64,000 nucleotides of DNA from Halarcobacter sp. (GCA_048571215.1 CP182352.1:2464001-2528000), one strand, 5' to 3'; numbered from the stretch's first letter, positions 50,172-59,442 are shown. The notes: a model not told the origin generated them from the sequence alone. Translations and numbers: made by a program.

Positions 50172-51037
50172 TTAACTCTCCTCTCTTTTTTGAAGATATC
50201 ATTAAAGTTATCCATTTGCCATTTCATAAAGTTTATTGGATTTAGTATTCTTCCACCATACTTTACTTCATAGTGTAAATGGGGAGCAGTGCTTCTACCA
50301 CTACTTCCACTTAATCCTATCTCTTGATTTTTCTTTATTATATCACCAGCCTTAACTTCTGTTTTATTTAAATGCGCATAAATTGTTTCAAAACCAAAAT
50401 TGTGCTGTATCTTAATAACCCTTCCAAAATCTCCAATATTTCTAGGTTGAACATAGGTTACAATCCCATCTGCTGTTGCATAAACTTTTGTATTCCACCC
50501 AGCTTTTAAATCAATCCCTCTATGAAATTTTCTCTTTTTTGTTACAGGGTGGATTCTATATCCATAGTTTGAAGTAACTCTAGTCTCTTTTAATGGTGCC
50601 CCATTTGGTATAGAGATAAACATAAGTCTTTTATTTCTTACACTAATTGAATTTAAAGTTTCTGCAGAAAGCTCTTTTTCTTTTTGAGCCTTAATTCCAA
50701 TCATCTCTTCTATCTCATCTAGTTTTGAACTAAGAGCCTCAATATCTTCAACTTTACCCTTTATCTGCATAGAGTAAAATTGATTTTGAGCTTGAAGTTT
50801 TTTCTCTTTTTCAGTCAAAACTTTTATCTCATTTTCTTTTTGTGTAATTGCTTCTTTTTTTTCTATTTTAACAGTTTGTATCTCCGTACTTAAACTATTT
50901 ATAAATAAAAAAGCTATTCCTAATATAAGCAATACAGAAATAATTATAATTACACTCAACTTTTTTACTATTTGATGTACATTATATGCTTTTGTCCCAT
51001 GTACATCAGATACAGTGATTATCAATCTATTCTTCAT
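50117..51037 (-). CDS. M23 family peptidoglycan endopeptidase (Csd1-like)
   Basis: HRGIDL, YAHL, SGRSTAPHLHYEV; N-terminal TM and coiled coil. Confidence 0.92.
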   Translation of the reverse strand: MKNRLIITVSDVHGTKAYNVHQIVKKLSVIIIISVLLILGIAFLFINSLSTEIQTVKIEKKEAITQKENEIKVLTEKEKKLQAQNQFYSMQIKGKVEDIEALSSKLDEIEEMIGIKAQKEKELSAETLNSISVRNKRLMFISIPNGAPLKETRVTSNYGYRIHPVTKKRKFHRGIDLKAGWNTKVYATADGIVTYVQPRNIGDFGRVIKIQHNFGFETIYAHLNKTEVKAGDIIKKNQEIGLSGSSGRSTAPHLHYEVKYGGRILNPINFMKWQMDNFNDIFKKERRVKWESLVNLIRDQSRMVLQ

Positions 51038-52196
51038 TAAACCTACCCATCTGTTTTAAAAACTTCTCCACTACTAAAAATGATCCGAAAATTAAATAAT
51101 TTTTAGAATTTTCAATTTTTGAAAAACTGGTTACCATTATATTTAAATTATTACAAATTTCTAATAAATTATTTTTATCACACATCCTATCATCAATATC
51201 TATTATAGTTATTTCATCTATTATAGGTTTTAATATACTTAAAACACTTGCATAATCTTTATCTTTATATGAGTTATAGATTAGATGTACCTTTTTTTTA
51301 TTTTTAAACTCATTTAAAATCGCCTTTGCTGCAAGGGGATTATGCCCAACATCAATGGTAACATTTGGTAAAACCTTTTGACATCTTCCAAAAAGTTCTG
51401 TTTTGCCAAAAAGGTTAGTATCCACTTCTATTTGTAAATCTTTTAAAAGTTCAATTACTAAACTTAAATTTTTATTTAAATAATTTGCAAAACTAGTTGG
51501 AAGTTTATAATCATCAAAATTTTCAACGCTCTTTATCTCTATATCTAAATTTTTTTCCTCTTTGAGTTCAAGTTTAACTTCATTTGCTACTTTAAAAACC
51601 TCATCAAACTCTTGATAACCTATAATCATCTTTTTATCAACTGATCTTAGTTTTGTTTTTGCAATCTCTTCTATAGTATTACCTAAAAAACTTTGATGGT
51701 CTAAACCGATGGTGGTCACTAAAGTCACATCACTTGGAACTACATTCGTAGCATCAAACTCTCCACCAAGCCCAGCTTCTAAAACTAAATAATCCATATG
51801 TGTAGAAAGTGTTAAAGCTAAGAGTGTTGTGTATTCAAAATATGTAAGTTTTTCTAAAAGCTTAATATCTAAAAGTTCTTGAAGATTTTTGTGTCCAATC
51901 TCTAACTCTAAATCACTACTATTTTTACCGTTTAACCAAATTCGTTCATTGAATTTTAATATATGTGGAGAGCTATAATGTAAAGTTTTGAATGATTTTT
52001 CAACTAAATATGAAGCTAGAAATCTACCTGTACTTCCCTTCCCATTTGTACCCACAATATGTATTACATATGGTAATTTTATTTTAGAAGAAAGTTTATC
52101 CCATGCTTTTTCAACAATAGAAAAATCTATTTTGTCATAATACATAGTTTTATGTTCTAAAAGCTTCACTAAGGAAGCTTTTTTAAAATCTAACAT
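51027..52196 (-). CDS. folC: Folylpolyglutamate/dihydrofolate synthase
   Basis: HIVGTNGKGST, SPH, LEAGLGGEFDATN, DH..FLG, DVGHNP. Confidence 0.95.
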   Translation of the reverse strand: MLDFKKASLVKLLEHKTMYYDKIDFSIVEKAWDKLSSKIKLPYVIHIVGTNGKGSTGRFLASYLVEKSFKTLHYSSPHILKFNERIWLNGKNSSDLELEIGHKNLQELLDIKLLEKLTYFEYTTLLALTLSTHMDYLVLEAGLGGEFDATNVVPSDVTLVTTIGLDHQSFLGNTIEEIAKTKLRSVDKKMIIGYQEFDEVFKVANEVKLELKEEKNLDIEIKSVENFDDYKLPTSFANYLNKNLSLVIELLKDLQIEVDTNLFGKTELFGRCQKVLPNVTIDVGHNPLAAKAILNEFKNKKKVHLIYNSYKDKDYASVLSILKPIIDEITIIDIDDRMCDKNNLLEICNNLNIMVTSFSKIENSKNYLIFGSFLVVEKFLKQMGRFNEE

Positions 52197-52201
52197 ATAT
52201 A

Positions 52202-52717
52202 TTATTCTTTAAATGAGCTTACAGCAAGTTTTGAAATAACATCATCTAGGGCTCTTTTTGCAGCAACTTTTATAGCTTCGTATCTTTTTGTATCTGTAAT
52301 AGTTGTACCATTATCAATAGAAAAATCATAATCAGAACTAACTTTAAAGCTGTTCTTTTTTGTACTTTTTTTATTTTTGTATTCAACCAAAATAGAAACA
52401 ACAGCTTTGTATAATTTGTTATATCCCAAAGAGTCATATTGTAACTCTTGCATAGAAACAGAGTTTAGCTTTAGTTTTAAAACTGTATCAGCTAGCTCTT
52501 TACTATTTACAATCTGAGAATCAAGTCTGTTTACTATAAGTTTGTTCATTATATCTTTTATTATTACTGAATTTCTTGGGTCTTGCAAACTTACCTTTAA
52601 GTCCACAAAAATCTTTCCACTTAACTCTTTTTTAACATAATAACTAGATGGTTTATATCCACACCCTGTTAAGATAAAAAGTGACAAAAGACAAACTAAT
52701 AAAAGACCTGCTCTCAT
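52202..52717 (-). CDS. lptE: LPS assembly lipoprotein LptE
   Basis: Lipobox LTGCGY; position directly downstream of leuS. Confidence 0.8.
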   Translation of the reverse strand: MRAGLLLVCLLSLFILTGCGYKPSSYYVKKELSGKIFVDLKVSLQDPRNSVIIKDIMNKLIVNRLDSQIVNSKELADTVLKLKLNSVSMQELQYDSLGYNKLYKAVVSILVEYKNKKSTKKNSFKVSSDYDFSIDNGTTITDTKRYEAIKVAAKRALDDVISKLAVSSFKE

Positions 52718-52718
52718 G

Positions 52719-55184
52719 CTATCCCTTTACAACTAGATTTACTAACTTATTTGGAACTACAATCTCTTTGATAAGAGTTTTTTCTTCCAACCATTTGCTT
52801 GAAGCCTCTTTTGCTAAAGCCAAGATTTCATCTTTGCTTGTATCAGGAGCCACTTCTATTTCACACCTTTTTTTACCATTTATTGTAACAGCTAAAACGA
52901 TTGAATCTAAAGCAAAAACTTCATCTTTTATCTTTATATCTGCTCCAAAATTTTTTCTATCAAATAGTACATCTGCAATTTCCCAAGTTAAGTGAGGGAT
53001 AATTGGTTCTAAAATATTTGTTAAAATATAGTATCCCTCTGCCCATACAAGTTCATTATCTTGTGCTTGAAGTGCATTCATAGCTTCCATTGAAGCTGCA
53101 ATTAGTGTATTAAAAGCATAAGTTTTATTAAATACATCACTAGACTTTTGTAAGGCTTCATATACTTTTCTTCTTGCCTCTTTTTCATCTTTTGACAAAC
53201 TAGAATGATCAATATTTTGGAAGTTTTTAACACCCTCGCTTGTAACTTGTGCTGATCTTTCTGAGAACTTTCTTATAAATCTAAAAGCTCCATCAACTGC
53301 ACTGTCATTCCACTCTAACTCTTTTGTAGGAGGAGCCGCAAACAACATAAATAATCTAGCTGTATCTGCTCCATATTTTTCTATAATCAAATCAGGGTCA
53401 ACTACATTACCCTTAGATTTAGACATTTTAGCCCCATCTTTTAAAACCATACCTTGAGTAAGTAGTCTTTTAAATGGTTCCCTTGAATTTGTATAACCTA
53501 AATCATTTAATACTTTTGTAAAAAATCTTGCATAAAGTAGGTGTAAAATTGCATGTTCAATCCCACCAATATATTGGTCAACATCCATCCAATAGTCACT
53601 ATCAGATTCTGATACACCTATTTTATTCCATTTTTTTGGATTTGTAGCATATCTTAAGAAGTACCATGATGATTGAACAAAAGTATCTAAGGTATCTGTT
53701 TCTCTTATAGCATCTTTTCCACATTTTGGACATTTACAATGTTTCCAAGTTGGATGAGTATCTAAAGGATTTCCTTCCCCTGTAATCTCAACATCTTCTG
53801 GAAGTGCAATAGGTAGATTTGATAGTTTTTCAGGGACTAAACCACAACTATCACAATGTACAAAAGGAATTGGTGCACCCCAATATCTTTGACGACTCAC
53901 TCCCCAATCTCTAAGTTTGAAGTTTATTTTTTTTGTTCCAAGTGAATTTTGCTCAAAGAAATAAATTATCCCTTTTTTAGCTCTTGTATTTGGTTGTCCT
54001 GAGAAACCTTCAGAGTTTATAAGTTTACCCTCAGCTGTATAGGCTTCCGTCATTCTATCAATAACTCCAGCATCTCCAACAATTACTTGTTTTAAAGGTA
54101 ATTCATACTCTTTTGCAAACTCAAAATCTCTTTGGTCATGGGCAGGCACTGCCATAACAGCTCCCCCACCATAAGAACTCAATACAAAGTTTGCAACCCA
54201 TACAGGGATTCTTTCAGCTGTTAAAGGATGGATAACTTCTATCTCTAAAGATACACCCTCTTTTGGCATAGTTGCTCTATCTCTTTCACTAACCTTTTGC
54301 ATAGCTTTTATTTTATTTAGCTTATTGTCATCTAAAAGTTTATTTTCAACTAGATATTGTACTATTGGATGTTCTGGCGCTAAGGCTGAGTAGGTAACCC
54401 CATAAATAGTATCTGGTCGTGTAGTAAATACATTATATGAAGAGAATTGTTTATCAAGTTTGTATCTAGCCTCTTTTGTAAGCTCAAAAGTAAACTCTAA
54501 ACCTTCACTTCTACCTATCCAATTCTCTTGCATAGTAAGTACCTGAGATGGCCATTGCCCCTCTAGTGATGACAAATCATCAAGTAACTCTTGGGCATAT
54601 TTAGTAATACCAATATAATATCCTGGCATCTCTTTTTGCTCAACAGGTGTTCCACATCTCCAACAACACCCCTCTTCTAACTGCTCATTAGCTAAAACAG
54701 TTAAATCATGCGGACACCAATTTACAGTTGTAGACTTTCTATATAAAAGCCCCTCTTCAAACATTTTGATAATAAACTCTTGTTCCCATTTAGTATATAA
54801 CTCATCACTTGTAGCAAACTCTCTTGTAGTAGAAAAACTAAGACCTAAAGATTTAAGTTCATCTCTCATATAGTCTATATTTTCATAAGTCCATTTTTTA
54901 GGATGAAGTTTATGCTTAATCGCTGCATTTTCTGCTGGCATACCAAAACTATCCCAACCAATTGGGTGTAAAACATTAAAATTAGCTTTTCTAAAAAATC
55001 TAGCAAAAGCATCACCTAAACAGTAGTTTCTAACATGCCCCATATGAATACGTCCACTTGGGTATGGAAACATACTTAAAATATATTTTTTCTCTTTTTC
55101 TGTACTATCTTCTGGTTCAAAACTATTATTTTCAATCCAATATTTTTGCCATTTTGCTTCAATATCTTTTGGATTATATTCCAT
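52719..55184 (-). CDS. leuS: Leucine--tRNA ligase
   Basis: [24 protein letters not shown]. Confidence 0.98.
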   Translation of the reverse strand: MEYNPKDIEAKWQKYWIENNSFEPEDSTEKEKKYILSMFPYPSGRIHMGHVRNYCLGDAFARFFRKANFNVLHPIGWDSFGMPAENAAIKHKLHPKKWTYENIDYMRDELKSLGLSFSTTREFATSDELYTKWEQEFIIKMFEEGLLYRKSTTVNWCPHDLTVLANEQLEEGCCWRCGTPVEQKEMPGYYIGITKYAQELLDDLSSLEGQWPSQVLTMQENWIGRSEGLEFTFELTKEARYKLDKQFSSYNVFTTRPDTIYGVTYSALAPEHPIVQYLVENKLLDDNKLNKIKAMQKVSERDRATMPKEGVSLEIEVIHPLTAERIPVWVANFVLSSYGGGAVMAVPAHDQRDFEFAKEYELPLKQVIVGDAGVIDRMTEAYTAEGKLINSEGFSGQPNTRAKKGIIYFFEQNSLGTKKINFKLRDWGVSRQRYWGAPIPFVHCDSCGLVPEKLSNLPIALPEDVEITGEGNPLDTHPTWKHCKCPKCGKDAIRETDTLDTFVQSSWYFLRYATNPKKWNKIGVSESDSDYWMDVDQYIGGIEHAILHLLYARFFTKVLNDLGYTNSREPFKRLLTQGMVLKDGAKMSKSKGNVVDPDLIIEKYGADTARLFMLFAAPPTKELEWNDSAVDGAFRFIRKFSERSAQVTSEGVKNFQNIDHSSLSKDEKEARRKVYEALQKSSDVFNKTYAFNTLIAASMEAMNALQAQDNELVWAEGYYILTNILEPIIPHLTWEIADVLFDRKNFGADIKIKDEVFALDSIVLAVTINGKKRCEIEVAPDTSKDEILALAKEASSKWLEEKTLIKEIVVPNKLVNLVVKG

Positions 55185-55528
55185 TAATACTCTTCCTTAT
55201 CTTGACTTTTTGTACTCTCAATTAAAGCTAAAGCGATTGAGAATATATTTGCAACAACTGCACCAATTGCAAGTGAAGTTGCCATTGATTCATCTCCAAT
55301 AAAAGTCAACACCATAAATGCAGGAATAAGATGTAAATCTGCAACTAACGAACTAGCTAATAACTCAGCCGCCAAAAGATTTTTAACTCCAATTTTAAGA
55401 ATCGTAGAGATTACATTAACACCAGCTGCTAAAAAAAGAGCTACCGAATTTGGTTCATATAAAAACCCCGCTGTAGTTGTTAGAGACATAAGTGAAAAGA
55501 ATATGTATGTTACCTTACCCCAATCCAT
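55184..55528 (-). CDS. Small membrane protein (DUF6394-like) upstream of leuS
   Basis: MDWGKV...[11 protein letters not shown]; position upstream of leuS as in related Campylobacterota. Confidence 0.75.
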   Translation of the reverse strand: MDWGKVTYIFFSLMSLTTTAGFLYEPNSVALFLAAGVNVISTILKIGVKNLLAAELLASSLVADLHLIPAFMVLTFIGDESMATSLAIGAVVANIFSIALALIESTKSQDKEEY

Positions 55529-55576
55529 GATTATCCTTCTATTATTGTATATTTAAGGGTAGATTTTATCTAAACT

Positions 55577-55610
55577 ATAATAAAAAAGCTCTTTTGAAAG
55601 CTTTTATTAT
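55577..55610 (-). terminator. Hairpin downstream of the 55615 ORF
   Basis: ataataaaa..gct / agcttttattat inverted repeat. Confidence 0.45.
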
Positions 55611-55614
55611 AACT

Positions 55615-56082
55615 TTAGGTTCTTTTTTTAATCGTAACTATCAATTGATATAAGAAATAAGTTAGTAAAAGTTTGAAAAATAGTTCAATAAAAAAAACAA
55701 ATCCAAATTTTAAATCAAAGAAATGAAAAGGGTTTATATTTTGAAGTAAAAAATTAAGTGTAAAATCATTTGTAACAACAAAATAAAGACCAATAGCACT
55801 AAAAAACATAAACTTCATAATAGTTCTTTTAGTTCCTTGAATAATATTATAAATAAAAAACCAAACATAAGTTGTAACAAGAATAGCAACTAAAGCCTCA
55901 GTATAAATAGAATGGGGTATGTTTTCAATTATTTTTTCACTATTATCTATAAACAAATATTCAATTATAGAAGCTATCAACTCAACAACAATAAGCCAAA
56001 AAAGTAGTAGCTGCCAATTTGTAGTATTTTCAGATGTCACTTTGTCAAAATTATATTTTATTTTTTTTATATTATCTTTCAT
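55615..56082 (-). CDS. Hypothetical integral membrane protein
   Basis: 155 aa, about four hydrophobic helices; GAGG RBS. Confidence 0.7.
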   Translation of the reverse strand: MKDNIKKIKYNFDKVTSENTTNWQLLLFWLIVVELIASIIEYLFIDNSEKIIENIPHSIYTEALVAILVTTYVWFFIYNIIQGTKRTIMKFMFFSAIGLYFVVTNDFTLNFLLQNINPFHFFDLKFGFVFFIELFFKLLLTYFLYQLIVTIKKRT

Positions 56083-56160
56083 GCGTCCCTCATGTAAATA
56101 TTTTTTAGTTATTATATATATTATAACATTAGAATAGTATCACATCAGTATCATTTTATG

Positions 56161-57039
56161 TTAATTTTTTATTTTTTTATTATATATCTTTATTTTCGTC
56201 TTGTATTTTGACGAATTGAGATAATTAGTTGGGAGACTAGGTAATTTTTTTTCTAAAATATATTTAGAAAGAATTGAACTAAGAATTATTTTTCTAATTT
56301 TATGTTCAATATAAATACCACACTTACAATTTATCATTGAAATGTTATAAAAACGATTCCATGTTTTACCATTATCTTGAGATATTTCTAGTTTGTTTTC
56401 ATTTCCTTTTAAATGTATGTCCTTATATCTCATATTTAATTTTTCAATAATTAACTTACTTGGGGGTAAAATTTTTATTTTTAGAGAAATTTCTCTTAAT
56501 TTTTCTCTAATTAAAATTACATTTCCTATACATTCTATATCCCAATTATCAATATATACATCCCATTTATTATTAATAATTTTTAACGATTTTTTTCCTA
56601 ATGAATTATAAAAAACTCCTGAAATCAATATTCCATTCTCATCTTTTTGTATAGATAAAATTGGCTTCTCATTTATTTGAATTAAGTTTTTACAATTTTT
56701 ATAATGTGTACCAGCTATGCTTATATCTAAATCATTATCTGAAAAATCAAAATATTCATGAGCAAATTTATCTGATAAACATTTTGGTTTTTCATTCGCT
56801 TTAATAACTTTTTCTAAAGATAAAACTCCTCTATTTCTTTTTTGATTACATTGCATACATAATAATGTAATTTCATCTTCACTATGTTCTAAAGCATCTT
56901 TAAATTCAGGATAGAAATGTTCATAATCATACCATGCAAATCCACATATTACACAGCCATAACCACATCTTTTTCTTACATTTCTTTTTATATCTGCTGG
57001 TATATTTCTAGATAAACCATGTTTGTTAATACTAGACAT
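56161..57039 (-). CDS. HNH-type endonuclease domain protein (likely start MSSINK at 57039)
   Basis: R.IPADIKR.VR.RCGYGCVICG...YEH...LLCMQCN Zn-binding beta-beta-alpha pattern; AGGAAAG RBS. Confidence 0.75.
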   Translation of the reverse strand: MSSINKHGLSRNIPADIKRNVRKRCGYGCVICGFAWYDYEHFYPEFKDALEHSEDEITLLCMQCNQKRNRGVLSLEKVIKANEKPKCLSDKFAHEYFDFSDNDLDISIAGTHYKNCKNLIQINEKPILSIQKDENGILISGVFYNSLGKKSLKIINNKWDVYIDNWDIECIGNVILIREKLREISLKIKILPPSKLIIEKLNMRYKDIHLKGNENKLEISQDNGKTWNRFYNISMINCKCGIYIEHKIRKIILSSILSKYILEKKLPSLPTNYLNSSKYKTKIKIYNKKIKN

Positions 57040-57119
57040 AACTTTCCTAAATAAAATTAATAAAATCATTATATTTAAAATATAATTTATTCTCTCTTGA
57101 AGAGTAAGCAGAGAAAAAT

Positions 57120-57360
57120 TTTCTTATGTAAATTGAATATCACACCAACTAAAACAAAATGGTACTAAAAAATGCAAAGGTCAATTTTCCCTATTCCCGC
57201 ATTTGAGAAGCCGAGTGTTTATTTATTGTTTCGGAGAAGTTTTGTAACTGTTTGAACAGAACAAATATGCTGGGAGCATATTTTTATGTGAGTTTTACAA
57301 AACAGAAACAATAAATAATAAGCGAGGGTAGTTTCACCTTCGAAACCCGCGGGATAATTC
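57120..57360 (+). repeat. Structured repeat copy A, left part (interrupted by IS110)
   Basis: Homologous to 59012-59260; identical 33-mer at 57194-57226 and 59086-59118. Confidence 0.9.
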
Positions 57361-57371
57361 GTATAATAAAA

Positions 57372-57600
57372 TATTGGAAATATGATAGTATATTTTCATA
57401 GAGTTCAATAGAAGATGATATATTGTGTGGGTGGTTGAAGCAATTAAAAATAATTTTAATTAGCTTGTAAAGAAGTTCAATAGTTATACTTCAAATTTGA
57501 GTGGCAACAAGAACAGTTTTATAACTAGTTCGTATTTACGAGTCTAAAGTTTGTATGACGAAATATCAGGTAGGAATTTTATTCCTACCCTAACGAACTC
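57372..57600 (+). ncRNA. Predicted IS110 bridge RNA
   Basis: TATAAT at 57362-57367; 5' hairpin 57372-57410; target-binding loop 57415-57487 (GGGTGGTT / GTAAAGAA); donor-matching GTGGCAAC at 57501-57508 and ACGAA at 57558-57562. Confidence 0.75.
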
Positions 57601-57626
57601 TTTATATTAATACAAAGGTTCTAGAT

Positions 57627-58610
57627 ATGTATTCTATCGGATTAGATATAAGTAAGTCAACAATTAATATTTATATCCCTATCAATGATTTAGATATTCA
57701 AATATCAAATAATTTGAAATCACTTAAAGGTTTTTATTCTAAGTTAAAAAAACTTTATAAAAAAGATATAGATAAACTTGTATTTGTTTTTGAACCTACA
57801 GCTAATTATTCCTTTTTAATTAAAAAGTTTTGTTCTGAAAAAAGTATACACTGTTTTATTGTTAATCCAAAGAAAAGTGCTAACTTTGCTAAAGCAATTG
57901 GTCAAAGAAATAAAACTGACCTTTTAGATGCTAGAATGTTATCTCAGATGATAGTTACTGCAAGAAAAAATCAGATTAAAATACCCATTATTAATCCTTA
58001 TGCCGAGGAATTAAAAGAGCTTATTACATATTATAAATTTATATCAAAAATTAAAACTCAAAATAAAAATCATTTGGAAGCTTTAGTTTCAAAAGATGCT
58101 TCATCTATTATAATTAAATCATTAAGAAAAGATATAAAATCATTTGAAAAAAAAGAAAAAGATATTCTTATTGAGATAAAAAAAGTTATTGCAAAAGACA
58201 AAAATTTACATAATGCATTTTTAAATATCCAAACTATAAAAGGCATAGGAGAATTATCTTCAATTATATTATTACACCATTTTATACAATATCCTGATAC
58301 AAATCAAAAGCAAATTGTTTCATTAGCTGGATTAGATCCAGTTAGTAGAGATTCTGGTTCATCAATAAAAGGAAAAACAAAAATATCAAAATCTGGTTCA
58401 AAATTATGTAGGGGTACATTATTTATGGCAGTAATGACAGCGATACAATACAATGAAGAATTAAAAATATTTTATAATAGATTAAAAGAGAATGGCAAAC
58501 ATACTACTGTAGCACAAATTGCTGTAATGCGAAAAATGATTGTAATTGCTCACTCATTATATAAAAATAATAATATATATGACCCTAATAAATTTAAAAG
58601 TATATCATAA
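57627..58610 (+). CDS. IS110-family DEDD recombinase (transposase)
   Basis: IGLDISK, FEPTA, KTDLLDA (DEDD tetrad), IKGIG, GLDP...DSGSS (catalytic Ser region), AVMRKM; uninterrupted ORF. Confidence 0.96.
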   Translation: MYSIGLDISKSTINIYIPINDLDIQISNNLKSLKGFYSKLKKLYKKDIDKLVFVFEPTANYSFLIKKFCSEKSIHCFIVNPKKSANFAKAIGQRNKTDLLDARMLSQMIVTARKNQIKIPIINPYAEELKELITYYKFISKIKTQNKNHLEALVSKDASSIIIKSLRKDIKSFEKKEKDILIEIKKVIAKDKNLHNAFLNIQTIKGIGELSSIILLHHFIQYPDTNQKQIVSLAGLDPVSRDSGSSIKGKTKISKSGSKLCRGTLFMAVMTAIQYNEELKIFYNRLKENGKHTTVAQIAVMRKMIVIAHSLYKNNNIYDPNKFKSIS

Positions 58611-58661
58611 ATATTAGATTTAAATATTTTATATTTTATCATTTTTTAAGGTGGCAACTTC

Positions 58662-58755
58662 TTTGCTACTTTCTTTTTCACAAAAGAAAGTCGATAGAAA
58701 TTAAGACGTATAGTAAAAGTTTATTTATACTCAAATATATTAATAATAGTTTTAA
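58662..58755 (+). repeat. Structured repeat copy A, right part
   Basis: tttgctactttctttt..cacaaaagaaagtcga..aagacgta..taaaagtttatttatactcaaatat..aatagttttaa matches 59259-59372. Confidence 0.9.
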
Positions 58756-58795
58756 GTGTATGCAATTATCTTGTAGAACAAAGTTCTCCGCTTTC

Positions 58796-58990
58796 TTTAC
58801 TTTTAGTGGTAAAAGTAAAACAAAAGCCACCAGACGGTTGTTGAAGCTAAAGTTCCCTACAGCTTTCTAATTATTTCCTGACCTGCGGGACGCCTTCCTA
58901 AAAGGTACATTCAGTACCTTTTATCCAGTTGAACGGTCCTCGGTCTTCTCCGAAAATAATTAAAAACCTTCCGGCTTCAACAAAGTCTGG
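58796..58990 (-). repeat. Structured repeat copy B (inverted, more diverged family member)
   Basis: Minus strand GAAGCCG..TTTCGGAGAAG..AGGGAAC.TT.GCTTC..TTTTG.TTTACTTTT..AAAAGTAAA matches copies A/C; nested stems 58830-58835/58985-58990, 58838-58847/58974-58983, 58899-58923. Confidence 0.75.
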
Positions 58991-59011
58991 ACAAATACTC
59001 TAGCCACGAAC

Positions 59012-59372
59012 TTTCTCTTAGTAATTGAGTATCACACCAGCTTAAATAAAATGGTAACAAAAAATGCAAAGGTCCTTATCCCACCTTCCCGCATTTGAGA
59101 AGCCGAGTGTTTATTTATCTCTTTTGAAAACAAGTGACTAAACTGTCTGAAGCGTAAAGAAATGTGCTGGGAGCACATTTTAGCAAGTTTTTAGGCACTC
59201 AAAAGGGATGAATAATAAACGAGGGAACCTTCGGCTTCGAAACCTGTGGGATGATTTTTTTGCTACTTTCTTTTTGCCTGCGAGCAGGATTGACATCACA
59301 AAAGAAAGTCGAGAAAGCCAAGACGTACATTAAAAGTTTATTTATACTCAAATATTTTGAAAATAGTTTTAA
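59012..59372 (+). repeat. Structured repeat copy C (uninterrupted)
   Basis: Full-length homologue of the rejoined copy A, with compensatory stem changes. Confidence 0.9.
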
Positions 59373-59410
59373 TTGGTGAGATACCCAATATATATAAAAT
59401 TTTAAATATA

Positions 59411-59442
59411 AAAAAAGGAGATAGCAAACTGCTATCTCCTTT
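59411..59442 (-). terminator. Intrinsic terminator of secF
   Basis: aaaggagatagc/gctatctccttt stem followed by a U-tract on the minus strand. Confidence 0.85.

Larger units (their letters stand above)
57361..58661 (+). mobile_element. IS110-family insertion sequence, 1301 bp, with TTC at both junctions
   Basis: Removing it rejoins copy A (GGGATAA-TTC-TTTGCTACTTTC), colinear with copy C (GGGATGA-TTTTTTT-GCTACTTTC); TTC at 57358-57360 and 58659-58661; long left and short right non-coding ends. Confidence 0.92.

Noticed and set aside
56161..57360. IscB/HEARO (OMEGA) system
   Set aside because: The HNH protein lacks the PLMP and split RuvC motifs, and the HNH domain is at the extreme N-terminus
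57366..58639. IS1111-type sub-terminal inverted repeats (ATAAAATAT / ATATTTTAT)
   Set aside because: Only 9-10 bp of pure AT sequence, asymmetrically placed; the long non-coding end is upstream of the ORF, as in the IS110 subgroup
57120..59372. CRISPR array or integron attC array
   Set aside because: Repeats are 200-360 bp, few and in mixed orientation, with no spacers; no cas or integron integrase gene; no RYYYAAC/GTTRRRY ends recognised
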